Positions 44,722-55,040 of a DNA stretch of 64,000 nt are shown here, one piece after another. A program made the translations under genes and the position numbers. Origin of the DNA: a virus (Duplodnaviria > Caudoviricetes); IMG/VR virus record IMGVR_UViG_3300026177_000194, positions 26,026-90,025 of that record; one strand, 5' to 3'. The notes beneath the pieces were generated by a model. The model was not told where the DNA came from, did no database searches, and saw nothing but the letters and a program-made list of their open reading frames with translations. Numbering within the stretch: the stretch's first letter is position 1; each line of letters begins with the position of its first letter.

Positions 44722-45669
44722 TTATTTTCCTCCAAATAATTCTCTATTCACTATATCAGTAAATTCTTTTACTCTTATATCAGTAGTATGATTTTGTAAA
44801 ACAAATTTCATTCCTTCTTTTGCTATTTTTTCTCTTTCTTTTTCATGTTTTAAATAATAATAAATTTTATTTTCTAAATCCTTTAAATCTTTATAGATAA
44901 CTAAATGTTTTCCATCAACATATCCTAATTTTTCTAAATCCTCTGGTTTATCCGCTAATAAAAATCCTCCGCATGCTAAAACTTCAGTATATCTCATACT
45001 TAAAGAATTCCATAAATTATTACTTGTTATGATAATTTTTGATTGATTAATTAATCTAACATGATCATTGTGTTTGTGTTTTCTTGTAACTGATTTTATT
45101 CCTTTTAATTTACTTACCATTCTTTGAATATTTTTTCTTCTTGGATATGCGGATGAAGAATTAGAAAATACTGCCATTACATCAATAACTTTTTCTAAAT
45201 CTAGTTTTTTATATGTTTGTATATCGACAGAAAAAGGTAATAAGAAATTCTTACTGCAAAGTTTATGTTTAATTAATCCATTCAAAACTGTAGTAACCGG
45301 AGCAAAGATGATTTGTGGTTTATATTCTTTAAAGAATTGATCATATCTATTATATTTTGATGAACTATCATATTGTCCTTTATAATTTCCAGTTTTATCA
45401 AAAAAATCAATCTCAATATGAACTCGTTTATAATTCTGTAATTTATCTAAACCTTTTAATGTATAAGACCTTTTAGCAAGATATGTCAAAATTAAATCAG
45501 GTTCCCCATACATAGATATTACATGAGAAATTGTCATATCTGGATCAAAATTTTTATGTCCTTCTCCCCAGTAAATACATTCATGATGTCTACTAAATGA
45601 ATTTAAAAATAGTTGATGTCCCCAATTTTTTCTAGCTATTCCATTTTTTCCAAGAATTAAAATTTTCAT
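44722..45669 (-). CDS. Glycosyltransferase (CgeB-like GT-B)
   Basis: SMRYTEVLACGGFLL...YYLKHEKEREKIA. Confidence 0.75.
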   Translation of the reverse strand: MKILILGKNGIARKNWGHQLFLNSFSRHHECIYWGEGHKNFDPDMTISHVISMYGEPDLILTYLAKRSYTLKGLDKLQNYKRVHIEIDFFDKTGNYKGQYDSSSKYNRYDQFFKEYKPQIIFAPVTTVLNGLIKHKLCSKNFLLPFSVDIQTYKKLDLEKVIDVMAVFSNSSSAYPRRKNIQRMVSKLKGIKSVTRKHKHNDHVRLINQSKIIITSNNLWNSLSMRYTEVLACGGFLLADKPEDLEKLGYVDGKHLVIYKDLKDLENKIYYYLKHEKEREKIAKEGMKFVLQNHTTDIRVKEFTDIVNRELFGGK

Positions 45670-46550
45670 TACTTTCCCCTATATAATCCGACATATCTTA
45701 CTATTTTAGTTGAATCTTTTTTCCCGGGAACTTTTTGAATGTGTCGATGACATGAAAAATATAACATATCTTTATCAGTAATTGTAGTATAAACTCCTCT
45801 GTTTCTAAAAACTTTATCTGGTGTATACCCATATTTTTTAAAAAGGTCCGGAATTGGAACTCCAGCAGATATCACATATTTTGTTGAAAAACCAATCTCT
45901 AAAAATTTCTTAAATTCAATTTCTAAATTATGTTTTTTTGAATAAAAAATTGGATGAATTTCTAAAATGATTAAACAATTCCCATCATTATTATTTTTAA
46001 AATATTCATACATTCCTCTAAAAATTTCTACTTCTGCTCCCTCTGTATCCATTTTCACAAAGTTTGGGTAAGGTTTATTTTTTAACAATGAAGTTAGAGT
46101 CAAACAATTAACATCTATTTTTTTATTAGTTGAATTTTTAGATGGAATAATACTGGATAAATTTGAAGATTTTCCAATATAAAAACATATTTTTTTATCT
46201 TCATCACTAATTGCTAAATTTATCGGTTCTACATTTTTAATTTTATTAAGTTCTAAGTTATATTTCAAAATTTCAAAATTTTCTGGTTCCGGTTCTATGG
46301 CTAAAACTTTTCCTTTCTTACCAACAAGATCTGATAATAATAAAGTTATATAACCAATATTAGCTCCCAAATCTATTGCAGTAAAACCTTCTTTAACTTC
46401 ATCTTTAATAGTATTTAATAACTCTGGTTCTCTTTCTTTTGTACTTCCTTTTTTCATTTTTCTAAGGTCTGAATGAATTCCCCCTTCCTTAGATTTAATT
46501 CTCATTTTAAATTTACCAATTTCTTTCTCTAAATATTTCATCTTATACAA
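45669..46550 (-). CDS. FkbM-family methyltransferase
   Basis: IDLGANIGY, IEPEPENF, VKMDTEGAE. Confidence 0.9.
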   Translation of the reverse strand: MYKMKYLEKEIGKFKMRIKSKEGGIHSDLRKMKKGSTKEREPELLNTIKDEVKEGFTAIDLGANIGYITLLLSDLVGKKGKVLAIEPEPENFEILKYNLELNKIKNVEPINLAISDEDKKICFYIGKSSNLSSIIPSKNSTNKKIDVNCLTLTSLLKNKPYPNFVKMDTEGAEVEIFRGMYEYFKNNNDGNCLIILEIHPIFYSKKHNLEIEFKKFLEIGFSTKYVISAGVPIPDLFKKYGYTPDKVFRNRGVYTTITDKDMLYFSCHRHIQKVPGKKDSTKIVRYVGLYRGK

Positions 46551-47467
46551 TTCTCCATAACTTGTAAATATTTTTTTGCTGTAGTTTCAATATATAATTC
46601 TTCTGGTAAAATTATTCGTCTTCTATCTTTTGAAATTTGAATCATGCTTTTTAAAATTCTTTTTTTCAAAACATCCGTTAAAATATTCCATTCATCTCTA
46701 TAAACATAATCCGGTTCAATTGTAATTTTATCACCTTTACAAATTACACAACCATCAGTCATTGAAGCCATTTCAGTTGCTCCACCACAAGCTTCTGTTG
46801 TAATTACCGGCATCCCAACACCCAAAGCTTCAGAAACTGTTTTTGGACATGCATCATTTTTTGCTAGATGAATAAACATATCTCCAGTTCTATAAATTTC
46901 TGACATTTTTTTAAAGTCAACCATTCCATAATAAATTATATTTGGATGTTTTATAGGAACATTTTCATGAAGTCTTCCTAAAATATGTAATTTAGAATTT
47001 GGAACAGTTTTTTGAAAACCCAAAAATAAATCTATAATTTCTTTTAATCTTTTAAATCTTCTCCATTTAGCTGATGTTACTATATTAATTCCTTCATGTT
47101 CTATAAAACTTCCCGCCCAATTTGGATCTATCCCATTATATACTATATCATAATTTTTAGTTCTTCTTGGTGATAAAAATTTTTCACACATTATCATACA
47201 GGATTTACTTTGATATATAATTCCAGATGATAAAGAATGAGCTTTTGAAATTGGTTTGTTTTTTCCTCTATATGGTATTGCTAAATCATAGTATATTCCA
47301 TCTAGTCTTGTAGTGATCGGCAGTTTTGTTTTATGTCTTAAATATACTAAAGATAACTGAACATCACAATTTTTTGGGTCTCTTGAAATAATAGAACCTG
47401 ACTGATTAAATATTGGTTCTAATCTTTGTATTTGTATATGTTTTTTAGAATCTAAAAATATTTTCAA
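46538..47467 (-). CDS. Glycosyltransferase (GT4-like)
   Basis: [30 protein letters not shown]. Confidence 0.8.
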   Translation of the reverse strand: MKIFLDSKKHIQIQRLEPIFNQSGSIISRDPKNCDVQLSLVYLRHKTKLPITTRLDGIYYDLAIPYRGKNKPISKAHSLSSGIIYQSKSCMIMCEKFLSPRRTKNYDIVYNGIDPNWAGSFIEHEGINIVTSAKWRRFKRLKEIIDLFLGFQKTVPNSKLHILGRLHENVPIKHPNIIYYGMVDFKKMSEIYRTGDMFIHLAKNDACPKTVSEALGVGMPVITTEACGGATEMASMTDGCVICKGDKITIEPDYVYRDEWNILTDVLKKRILKSMIQISKDRRRIILPEELYIETTAKKYLQVMENCIR

Positions 47468-47868
47468 TGTTGTACATCTCCGATCTTTTTAGCAGGATTT
47501 CCAGCCCAGATTTCATAATCAGGAATATCTTTAGTAACAACAGACCCAGCACCAACCACAGAACAAACACCAATATATTTACATGTACTTAAAATAATAA
47601 CATTAGCACCAACAAAACAATATTTTTTAAATACAGTATCTTTTTTAGAATAAATTGGAGGCAATTTTCTCCAATTAGCTTTTTCAAATTGATGTGTATG
47701 AGTATATACTCTTATACCACTAGAAAAAGCTACATCTTTTTCTATTACTACACGGGAGCCTGTTAAATCAAAAAACACATAAGGTTCTTTTGGCCACCGA
47801 AATTTATGCGGAATTGATAATGGGTATTTCCCAGCAAACTGATAACCTTTAGCTGTAATTAATGCCAT
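47464..47868 (-). CDS. Hexapeptide-repeat O/N-acetyltransferase
   Basis: FVGANVIIL...[21 protein letters not shown]. Confidence 0.8.
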   Translation of the reverse strand: MALITAKGYQFAGKYPLSIPHKFRWPKEPYVFFDLTGSRVVIEKDVAFSSGIRVYTHTHQFEKANWRKLPPIYSKKDTVFKKYCFVGANVIILSTCKYIGVCSVVGAGSVVTKDIPDYEIWAGNPAKKIGDVQH

Positions 47869-48764
47869 AATTTTTTCACCGTATTTTTATAATTTATAGT
47901 TTCTTTCCATTTTGTAATATAATTTATTCTGTTATTAATATCTTTTAAATTTGTCAATAATAGATCTAATTTGTTATACAATTCATTTTCATCATTTACA
48001 TTTATAACTGGAGGTCTTATTTTTTTCGGTATATCATTAAAACCATTTACAGAAGATAGGGTTATACAATTTAAAGAAAGAGCTTCATATCCATTTTTTC
48101 CAATTCCGCCAACTTTAGGATTTATTTGATCAATAAAAATGTGAGATTTAGATTTTCTTTTTAGACATTCATTAAAAGGAACACCTACTATATGATCATA
48201 ATCAAAATCATATTTTTGTTTTAATCTATTTATTACAGATATGATTATTGGGGTGCCTTTCTTTTCAGGTCTTTCTTTTAATCCAGGTGCATGACTAATA
48301 GTTATTCTTGAATTTTTAACTATTGAAATATCATACTCCATTGGATGAGGTAAGAATATATTTTTTTCAGGATTTAATTTTATCATTTCCGCTTCACAAA
48401 ATCTTCTATCAAAATTCATATGATCTAATGATTTATTCCATTTTTTATAGTTTTTTATATATTCAGTTCCTGTTATAAAAATTACCTTATTTTTAATATT
48501 TTTTAAAAATTTAGAAAAATTTGAATCTGTTTTTCGCATAATTGTATTAATAGTTATTGGAGAACATATGACTAATAATTCAGATTTTTCAACATATGGT
48601 CTTAAATTTTGTTTATTGATAAAAATAATTTCTTCTTTTGATATTCTTTCATATGGATCTTTTCTTAAACATAATAATTTGGTTTCATATCCACATGATT
48701 TAAATGCTCTGTAAAAATTATCAGAAGCACCCCATGCGGGATGTTTAGATAAAATTACAATCAT
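47859..48764 (-). CDS. Glycosyltransferase-like protein (GT-B)
   Basis: SHAP...KKGT...HIFIDQ...[10 protein letters not shown]. Confidence 0.6.
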   Translation of the reverse strand: MIVILSKHPAWGASDNFYRAFKSCGYETKLLCLRKDPYERISKEEIIFINKQNLRPYVEKSELLVICSPITINTIMRKTDSNFSKFLKNIKNKVIFITGTEYIKNYKKWNKSLDHMNFDRRFCEAEMIKLNPEKNIFLPHPMEYDISIVKNSRITISHAPGLKERPEKKGTPIIISVINRLKQKYDFDYDHIVGVPFNECLKRKSKSHIFIDQINPKVGGIGKNGYEALSLNCITLSSVNGFNDIPKKIRPPVINVNDENELYNKLDLLLTNLKDINNRINYITKWKETINYKNTVKKLWH

Positions 48765-49420
48765 TTTTCTATCACCAAAATTTGATGTTTATAGTTTTCA
48801 GTTTTTGGTCTCTTTTCAAAATAATATCTTTTGATTTTTTTATCTTTTGTTAATTGATCTAATTCTTTTTTTAACATTGGAACACTAATAGCCCAAGAAA
48901 GTTTTCCAATTTGTTTATCAATATCTTTATTAAAATCTATGAATTCAAAAGATGGCCCTGTAAAAACAACATATCGCTTTGATACCCTAATCATCTCTAA
49001 GATAGATTCTAATGAACCTCCAACATGCATACAAACATCAACTTGATAAACTAAATCATATTGATTATCATCAATGGGAATATCCCAGCAACTTCCTTTT
49101 ACAAAGTTTACAGGAATGTTATTTGATTTAAAAACATCTGATGCCAATTCAATCATTTGAGGTGATATATCGACACCAGTTATAGATTTTGAAACATCTT
49201 TCATAACCCATAAAAAATGACCAGGACCTGACCCAATTTCTAATACTGATGGTTTCTCTTTAAATGTTTTAGCGATTTTTTTTAAAACTCTAATAACTGA
49301 CTGTTTGTTTTCTCCTCTACCACCACCTGTTTCTTCATAAGTTTCATAACTACCAAATCTTTTCTGTAATTTTAAACACTTTTCTTTGTTCATCCAAAGC
49401 TCGGATTGTTTTTTTCCCAT
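48761..49420 (-). CDS. Class I SAM-dependent methyltransferase
   Basis: VLEIGSGPG, GVDISPQM, YDLVY. Confidence 0.85.
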   Translation of the reverse strand: MGKKQSELWMNKEKCLKLQKRFGSYETYEETGGGRGENKQSVIRVLKKIAKTFKEKPSVLEIGSGPGHFLWVMKDVSKSITGVDISPQMIELASDVFKSNNIPVNFVKGSCWDIPIDDNQYDLVYQVDVCMHVGGSLESILEMIRVSKRYVVFTGPSFEFIDFNKDIDKQIGKLSWAISVPMLKKELDQLTKDKKIKRYYFEKRPKTENYKHQILVIEK

Positions 49421-50193
49421 TCTGTAATCTCCTCAACATTTTTTAGTCTTAATCCTCTTCTAGTTCTTGCTTCATTATAAACTTTATATCTCATAATTTT
49501 TACAAATGTTCTGTATTCTTTATTTTTCTTTCCTATTGATTTTGTTAAATTATCTCTTCTCTGACGATATAAATATAATTCTTGATCCACATGTATTAGT
49601 TTACCAACTTCTTCTAATTTTAAAACTAAATCTTTATCAACAGTTTGTCTTAAATTTCTGTTTACACCAGGTGTTTTATCATAAAATGATCTTTTAAAAA
49701 CTTTAAAATGACTAATTCTAATTTTTGTACCCAAATATGTTTCATGATCCAAAATTTGTCTTGTTTTAAATTTTTTAATTTTTTTAAGGCCCGGATTACA
49801 TTCCCAATAATTACTATATACTAAAGAAGCTTCTGGATGATCTAGATGAACATCAACCATAATTTTGATAGATTCCTTTGAAGCCAAAGCATCATCCGAA
49901 TCTAAAACCGCTACCAATTCCCCAGAAGAATTTGCTATAGCATCATTTAAACTTGTACCACAACCACAATTTTTTTCATGATTAATTATTTTTACTTTCT
50001 TAGATATTCCAAATCTTTCTATAGATTTTTTTACTATTCTCATTGAATTATCTGTTGAAAAATCATTAACAATGATTAATTCCCAATTTCTATATGTTTG
50101 GTTTGCAACCGTTTTAATTGCATCTGCTATAAATTTTTCTGAATTATAACATGACATAACTACACTAACCAATGGTATTTTGTTTGTTATCAT
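49390..50193 (-). CDS. Glycosyltransferase family 2
   Basis: VSVVMSCYN, VNDFSTD, VLDSDD (DxD). Confidence 0.9.
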   Translation of the reverse strand: MITNKIPLVSVVMSCYNSEKFIADAIKTVANQTYRNWELIIVNDFSTDNSMRIVKKSIERFGISKKVKIINHEKNCGCGTSLNDAIANSSGELVAVLDSDDALASKESIKIMVDVHLDHPEASLVYSNYWECNPGLKKIKKFKTRQILDHETYLGTKIRISHFKVFKRSFYDKTPGVNRNLRQTVDKDLVLKLEEVGKLIHVDQELYLYRQRRDNLTKSIGKKNKEYRTFVKIMRYKVYNEARTRRGLRLKNVEEITEWEKNNPSFG

Positions 50194-51044
50194 ATATACT
50201 GAGTAAATTCCTTTCCGTTTGTAGTTAATGCAAATTTTAATGGATGATGAATTGTTATAGTTAAGTAAGCTTTTAACCTAGATGGCATTCCTTCTCCGCA
50301 CCAATAATCAATTAATGATCCAATATCAAATGCTCTGCCACCTTTAAATTTAATTAATCCGGGATATATTCTTCCTAGTTCCCCAGCAGCAATTAACCAT
50401 AAATCATATTTAGTTGCGCATGAATCAATTTTTTCAATTACTTTTTCAAAAGAGTTAATATATTGGTTTTCAAATTTTCCATTTATTTTTAAAACATCTA
50501 TATCATAATCTAAAAGTTTTTCATTTACATCACATCTTGAAGTTATGCAACATATTTTTTTATTTTTCATTAAATCCGGTAAACATTTTTTTCCGTATTT
50601 ACCAATAATGCATGATAAAAAATTAACTTCTGGATTACAATAATTTTCATTAACAATACCAATTTTAGAATATAATTTTTTCCACATTTTTAATCTCATA
50701 ATTGTTTTTTCGCTCATAGCTTTCTTTTTTAAACCTTTTGTTCTTCCCCAAAACTTATCAGAAAAATAAACCTCCGGAGTATCAATATAATCACAATGAT
50801 TAGCCGATGTTTTCCAGAAGTCAATAATTCTATCAAAAACTGAAATTGGTATTCCCTCTTGTTCTGATATATTTATTATTTGTTTATAATCTTTGTTTAA
50901 AAAAGAATGTATAGCTTTTGTTGTACCATCCCCAAATCTAACAAGTCCAAAAGATTTTTTATTATTAATAGCATAATCTAATCTGTTTAATATTTCAGAT
51001 GTTTTTGCTATTTGTATGTCATTTATTATTATCTTATTCGTCAT
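50190..51044 (-). CDS. GT-D fold (DUF1792-like) glycosyltransferase
   Basis: GLVRFGDG...LIAAGELG...AFDIG. Confidence 0.6.
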   Translation of the reverse strand: MTNKIIINDIQIAKTSEILNRLDYAINNKKSFGLVRFGDGTTKAIHSFLNKDYKQIINISEQEGIPISVFDRIIDFWKTSANHCDYIDTPEVYFSDKFWGRTKGLKKKAMSEKTIMRLKMWKKLYSKIGIVNENYCNPEVNFLSCIIGKYGKKCLPDLMKNKKICCITSRCDVNEKLLDYDIDVLKINGKFENQYINSFEKVIEKIDSCATKYDLWLIAAGELGRIYPGLIKFKGGRAFDIGSLIDYWCGEGMPSRLKAYLTITIHHPLKFALTTNGKEFTQYI

Positions 51045-51049
51045 GATTT

Positions 51050-52045
51050 CTACAAATCTTCTTTCAATAGTTTTATAAATTTTTTCATGTTTTCTTTTCT
51101 ATCCCCTAGAGATAATATTTTTTCTCTTCCTTTTTTCCCCAATTCAGATCTTAATGTTTTATGTTTAATTAAAATCTCTACATTAGCTAAAAAAGATTTA
51201 AAATTATTTTCTGAAATCAATCCTGTTTCATGATCGATTAAGTAGTCTTCAGTGCCGTTAAGAAATGAATTATTCCCAACTACTACACATTCAGTCAACA
51301 TAGCTTCTGCTGGAGCAATATGAAGACCTTCCAATTCACTTGGGGATAACCAGATATCAATTTTATTATAAACTTCATTTTTCAATTTAATATCTGGATT
51401 TTTAAAAAACTTATCCAAAAATAAAGAAGATGGTGTTCCATCGGATCCAAACATATATAATTCTATATTATGCTTATATTTTAACATACTATAACAATCT
51501 AATATCCAACTTGTTCTCTTTTTTGATCGTTTTTTTCCTTCATTGTATAATCCACCTAAAATTATTTTTTTATTATTTTTTCTAACATCTAAAGGAAAAA
51601 TTTCATTAAAATTATGACCTGGTCTTATAATAACAGATTCCATTTCATGTTTTTTTAATTTTTTTTGAAGACAAATACTATTAACTATTTTTTTTGTTTT
51701 AGATTCCTTTAACATATTTATTAATTTAGATTCTGCAACATTCCAAACTTCCCATCCTCTAATCCAAAAATATTTATTTTTTATTTTTGATTTATTTGTA
51801 TGATCCAAACTTCCAATTCCAGTTCCAATTATAATATCACCATCTATTTCATTAATATTATTTAACTTTATATGTGGAACTTTAATCGGTCCCCATGTAT
51901 ATCTGGAAGAGCCAGAATCTACAATAACTACATCCTCACCTAAATCAAAAAGAGTATTTGCTGAGTTGATTAGTGTTGACGATCCGCCATTATTTCCCAA
52001 TCCCACACCTATAAGATTAAACACTATCTTCATATCAACCCCCAA
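51050..52045 (-). CDS. Glycosyltransferase (GT4/WsaF-like)
   Basis: NNGGS, EGLHIAPAEAMLTECVVV. Confidence 0.8.
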   Translation of the reverse strand: MGVDMKIVFNLIGVGLGNNGGSSTLINSANTLFDLGEDVVIVDSGSSRYTWGPIKVPHIKLNNINEIDGDIIIGTGIGSLDHTNKSKIKNKYFWIRGWEVWNVAESKLINMLKESKTKKIVNSICLQKKLKKHEMESVIIRPGHNFNEIFPLDVRKNNKKIILGGLYNEGKKRSKKRTSWILDCYSMLKYKHNIELYMFGSDGTPSSLFLDKFFKNPDIKLKNEVYNKIDIWLSPSELEGLHIAPAEAMLTECVVVGNNSFLNGTEDYLIDHETGLISENNFKSFLANVEILIKHKTLRSELGKKGREKILSLGDRKENMKKFIKLLKEDL

Positions 52046-52340
52046 CTATAACAGTTCCATCACCAGTTGTAATTGTTCCTGTAAAAATTCCAACAAATGT
52101 ACTTCCAACTCTAGCTTTATTTAAATTATTAATATTAACTGTCGATGAAGATGTTACTATAATTCCAACATGTCCGCATGTTCCAAGAACAATGCTAGTA
52201 TTATAAGCACATGATATATTTCCAGCTTTTACATTTGGTGAACCTGTGATTATAGTTCCAACCATTGGGATTGGAGGTAAAGGTGGATGACCAGCACATA
52301 TTCCTACTCCTACACTTCCAATTTTTGCAGCGTTTGTCAT
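52035..52340 (-). CDS. PAAR-like spike-tip protein (T4 gp5.4-like)
   Basis: CAGH...ITGSPNV...CGH...SSTVNIN...ARVG...TGDGTV. Confidence 0.75.
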   Translation of the reverse strand: MTNAAKIGSVGVGICAGHPPLPPIPMVGTIITGSPNVKAGNISCAYNTSIVLGTCGHVGIIVTSSSTVNINNLNKARVGSTFVGIFTGTITTGDGTVIVGG

Positions 52341-52570
52341 TTATTTTTATCTTCCATAAGGGTTTTAATTTTATTTTCTAATTCTGTGATTTCTTTCCTT
52401 AGATTATTCATAACAAATTGATAATTAGCAATTGTTTTAATAATCACATTTAAATCTACTTTTGTGTCCCATGATCCTGAAAATTTACATTCTTGTAAAA
52501 AATGTAATAATTTATCAGTTTCTTTATTTTGTTTTACATACATTTCTTCTGTGTATTTTATCATCATCAC
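52337..52570 (-). CDS. Hypothetical coiled-coil protein
   Basis: 77-aa ORF. Confidence 0.5.
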   Translation of the reverse strand: MMMIKYTEEMYVKQNKETDKLLHFLQECKFSGSWDTKVDLNVIIKTIANYQFVMNNLRKEITELENKIKTLMEDKNK

Positions 52571-52576
52571 TCTCCT

Positions 52577-53296
52577 TTATTCAAATGGTGCTAAAATTGT
52601 TATTGAATCATTAACTTTTGTTCTATTTGCAAACAATAAGTTCTTCGCTAATGTTAATTTTGCTATGTTATCTAAAATCCCATATGTTCCGGAAGTTCCC
52701 ATTGGAAGAACTAAATAATCATGACCAAAATCCCACTGTGTTTTAAAATCATCTATTGTTTGATCATCACTTGAAATATATGAATATTTGAATTTCCAAA
52801 TCTCTAAAAAAGTAGCTGGATCTAAAACTGTATCATCAATAACCACAGTGGTTTCATCATTTCCTGCATCATATGTTGATGATTGTATTGTACTATAAAC
52901 CCTTGTTGATGGGGATAAAATAAAAGAAATATTTTCAGTTGGAATAAAATCTGAAGTAGTATCTCCTTCCGTAACAAATTCTGTAGTAGATGAACATGTA
53001 GCATCGACATTAATTATCTCATATATTTTCCAATCCACAAGACTTCCAGATGAAATTAGAGATTGATTATAATCTGATCCTTTTTGCATATAAAAATTGG
53101 AGACAGGCGCAAATTTTGTTCCCATTAAATATGATTCTAAATCAGTTGCAACTTTATCACAAACACTTCCTTTTATAGAATCTCTTTTATCTTCAAAAGC
53201 TGATATTTGTTCATCTATATTATCTATACTTGCATCCAATTTAACTACTTGATCTGGAGCGTCTAAAATCATCTCTTTTATTATTACATCTGACAT
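52577..53296 (-). CDS. Hypothetical protein (possibly structural)
   Basis: 239 aa, acidic and Ser/Thr-rich; upstream of PAAR. Confidence 0.55.
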   Translation of the reverse strand: MSDVIIKEMILDAPDQVVKLDASIDNIDEQISAFEDKRDSIKGSVCDKVATDLESYLMGTKFAPVSNFYMQKGSDYNQSLISSGSLVDWKIYEIINVDATCSSTTEFVTEGDTTSDFIPTENISFILSPSTRVYSTIQSSTYDAGNDETTVVIDDTVLDPATFLEIWKFKYSYISSDDQTIDDFKTQWDFGHDYLVLPMGTSGTYGILDNIAKLTLAKNLLFANRTKVNDSITILAPFE

Positions 53297-53308
53297 TTTT
53301 ATTTTTCC

Positions 53309-54193
53309 TTATTTTAAAATTTTTAGAATTTCATGATATATTATTTTTGGAGATATTTCATATTTTAAATCTTCTAAAAATGTAACTTTTGTTTTTCTAA
53401 TATTATATGTAACTGTATGTAAATGTTTTTGATGACCCCATTCTAATGCATGAACACCAAACAATAAGGATATATTTGGAATTGCAGATTGTGATCCAAT
53501 TGTTAATACAGATTTTTTCATACATTCCATTGTTAATCCAATTAAACTTGTATTAATATTTTGATCCATTTTATTAATATCTAAGAATCTATCTTTTTGA
53601 TCCGGAACATAATCTGGATATCTTCCACATATTACAAAATTATATTTATCTGTTAATTTTTTTGTTTCCCATATCATATCATATAATTGATTCCAATGTG
53701 GCCAATTTCTTCTAAAACCATGTCTATATCTAGGAGCTAAAATTACAACAGGTTTGCCATTCATATATTTTTGAATCATTTCTAAATTTGCTTTTCTTGG
53801 TGAATACTCATAACTCATTTTATCTTTTGGATATTGATTTCTATTCACATATTGTTTTTTTGTAATATCAGGATATATAGTTTCTATTATTTGATATCTA
53901 TCTTGAAACTGTTTTTTAAATAAATTTATTATTGATATATATTCTTCTTGTTTTAAATTATCTAATCTGAAACAATTTGGTTTGTATTTAGTATCATCCT
54001 TTAATCTGAATGGCACCAATATGTCAGCGTATCTCCCATACATATCAAAATTTTCTGGGCGAGTCATTACTATAAATTTTACATCATCTTGTTTTTTATA
54101 TTGTTTCTTTCTTTTCCATATAAAATGGGGAACAAATCTTCCAAACTCCCAGTACATTTCTCCAGACATATGAAATAAAACGGCTTTTGTCAT
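53309..54193 (-). CDS. Glycosyltransferase-like protein (GT9-like C-terminus)
   Basis: LTIGSQSAIPNISLLFGV resembles the GT9 IGxDSGxxHLA motif. Confidence 0.5.
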   Translation of the reverse strand: MTKAVLFHMSGEMYWEFGRFVPHFIWKRKKQYKKQDDVKFIVMTRPENFDMYGRYADILVPFRLKDDTKYKPNCFRLDNLKQEEYISIINLFKKQFQDRYQIIETIYPDITKKQYVNRNQYPKDKMSYEYSPRKANLEMIQKYMNGKPVVILAPRYRHGFRRNWPHWNQLYDMIWETKKLTDKYNFVICGRYPDYVPDQKDRFLDINKMDQNINTSLIGLTMECMKKSVLTIGSQSAIPNISLLFGVHALEWGHQKHLHTVTYNIRKTKVTFLEDLKYEISPKIIYHEILKILK

Positions 54194-54200
54194 TTTTAAT

Positions 54201-55040
54201 TCACCAGTTGTTAATCATTTCTTTATTATTAATAATCATTTTATAAAATTCATCAAAGTTCATTGAATCTAGTTTATTTTCAGCATCTTCAAACTTAATT
54301 AATTCTTCTGGATTTCTTTGTTTTAAATTTTTATTTTTTGTAAGAACATTACAAACTGATCCAGCAATAGATCCAACGTGTATACACAATTTATAATTCA
54401 ATCCAAGAATATAATCTTTTCCGTTTGTAGATTTTTCTAATTTGGTCCAATAATGTTGATCATGTTTTTTATTAAATCCAACTAAATTTTTTACATCTAA
54501 ATAGCCAACATCCTTTGCAAATGTAGGAAGCATTGTCCAAAATCCAGAACCTCCTAATTTTCCAATTTTATTTCCCTTTATTCCTGCAATCTTTTCATTA
54601 ACAACTGTTTTAGATTTTATTCCTCCAGGAAGTTGACCAATAACTTTTACATTATTCATTTTATATTTTTTAACATCCAACCAAGCATCTCTTATAATCC
54701 TATCCCAACCAGGAGTAACTATAATATCATTATCTAAACAAACTAAAAATTCACATTTATCTTTATTAGGATCTTGTTCATGATTTAATAAAAATTGATT
54801 AAACGCTACAGCTTTGCTAAATGCATTAAATGTAGATTCTTTTGTATTAACAGTATATTGTGTAATATATCCTTTTTCATATAATAAAGAAAAATACATA
54901 AAATGTTCTTTGATTTTATGATTAGTGCAATTATCATAAACATATAATTGATGTTCTAGAACAGAATGTTTTCTTAACGCTGTGATAAATTTTGTTGTGC
55001 ATGATAGTCTGTTCCGCACAGTAACAAATATTTTATACAT
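54201..55040 (-). CDS. Glycosyltransferase family 2
   Basis: YVYDN.T, VCLDNDII (DxD). Confidence 0.7.
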   Translation of the reverse strand: MYKIFVTVRNRLSCTTKFITALRKHSVLEHQLYVYDNCTNHKIKEHFMYFSLLYEKGYITQYTVNTKESTFNAFSKAVAFNQFLLNHEQDPNKDKCEFLVCLDNDIIVTPGWDRIIRDAWLDVKKYKMNNVKVIGQLPGGIKSKTVVNEKIAGIKGNKIGKLGGSGFWTMLPTFAKDVGYLDVKNLVGFNKKHDQHYWTKLEKSTNGKDYILGLNYKLCIHVGSIAGSVCNVLTKNKNLKQRNPEELIKFEDAENKLDSMNFDEFYKMIINNKEMINNW

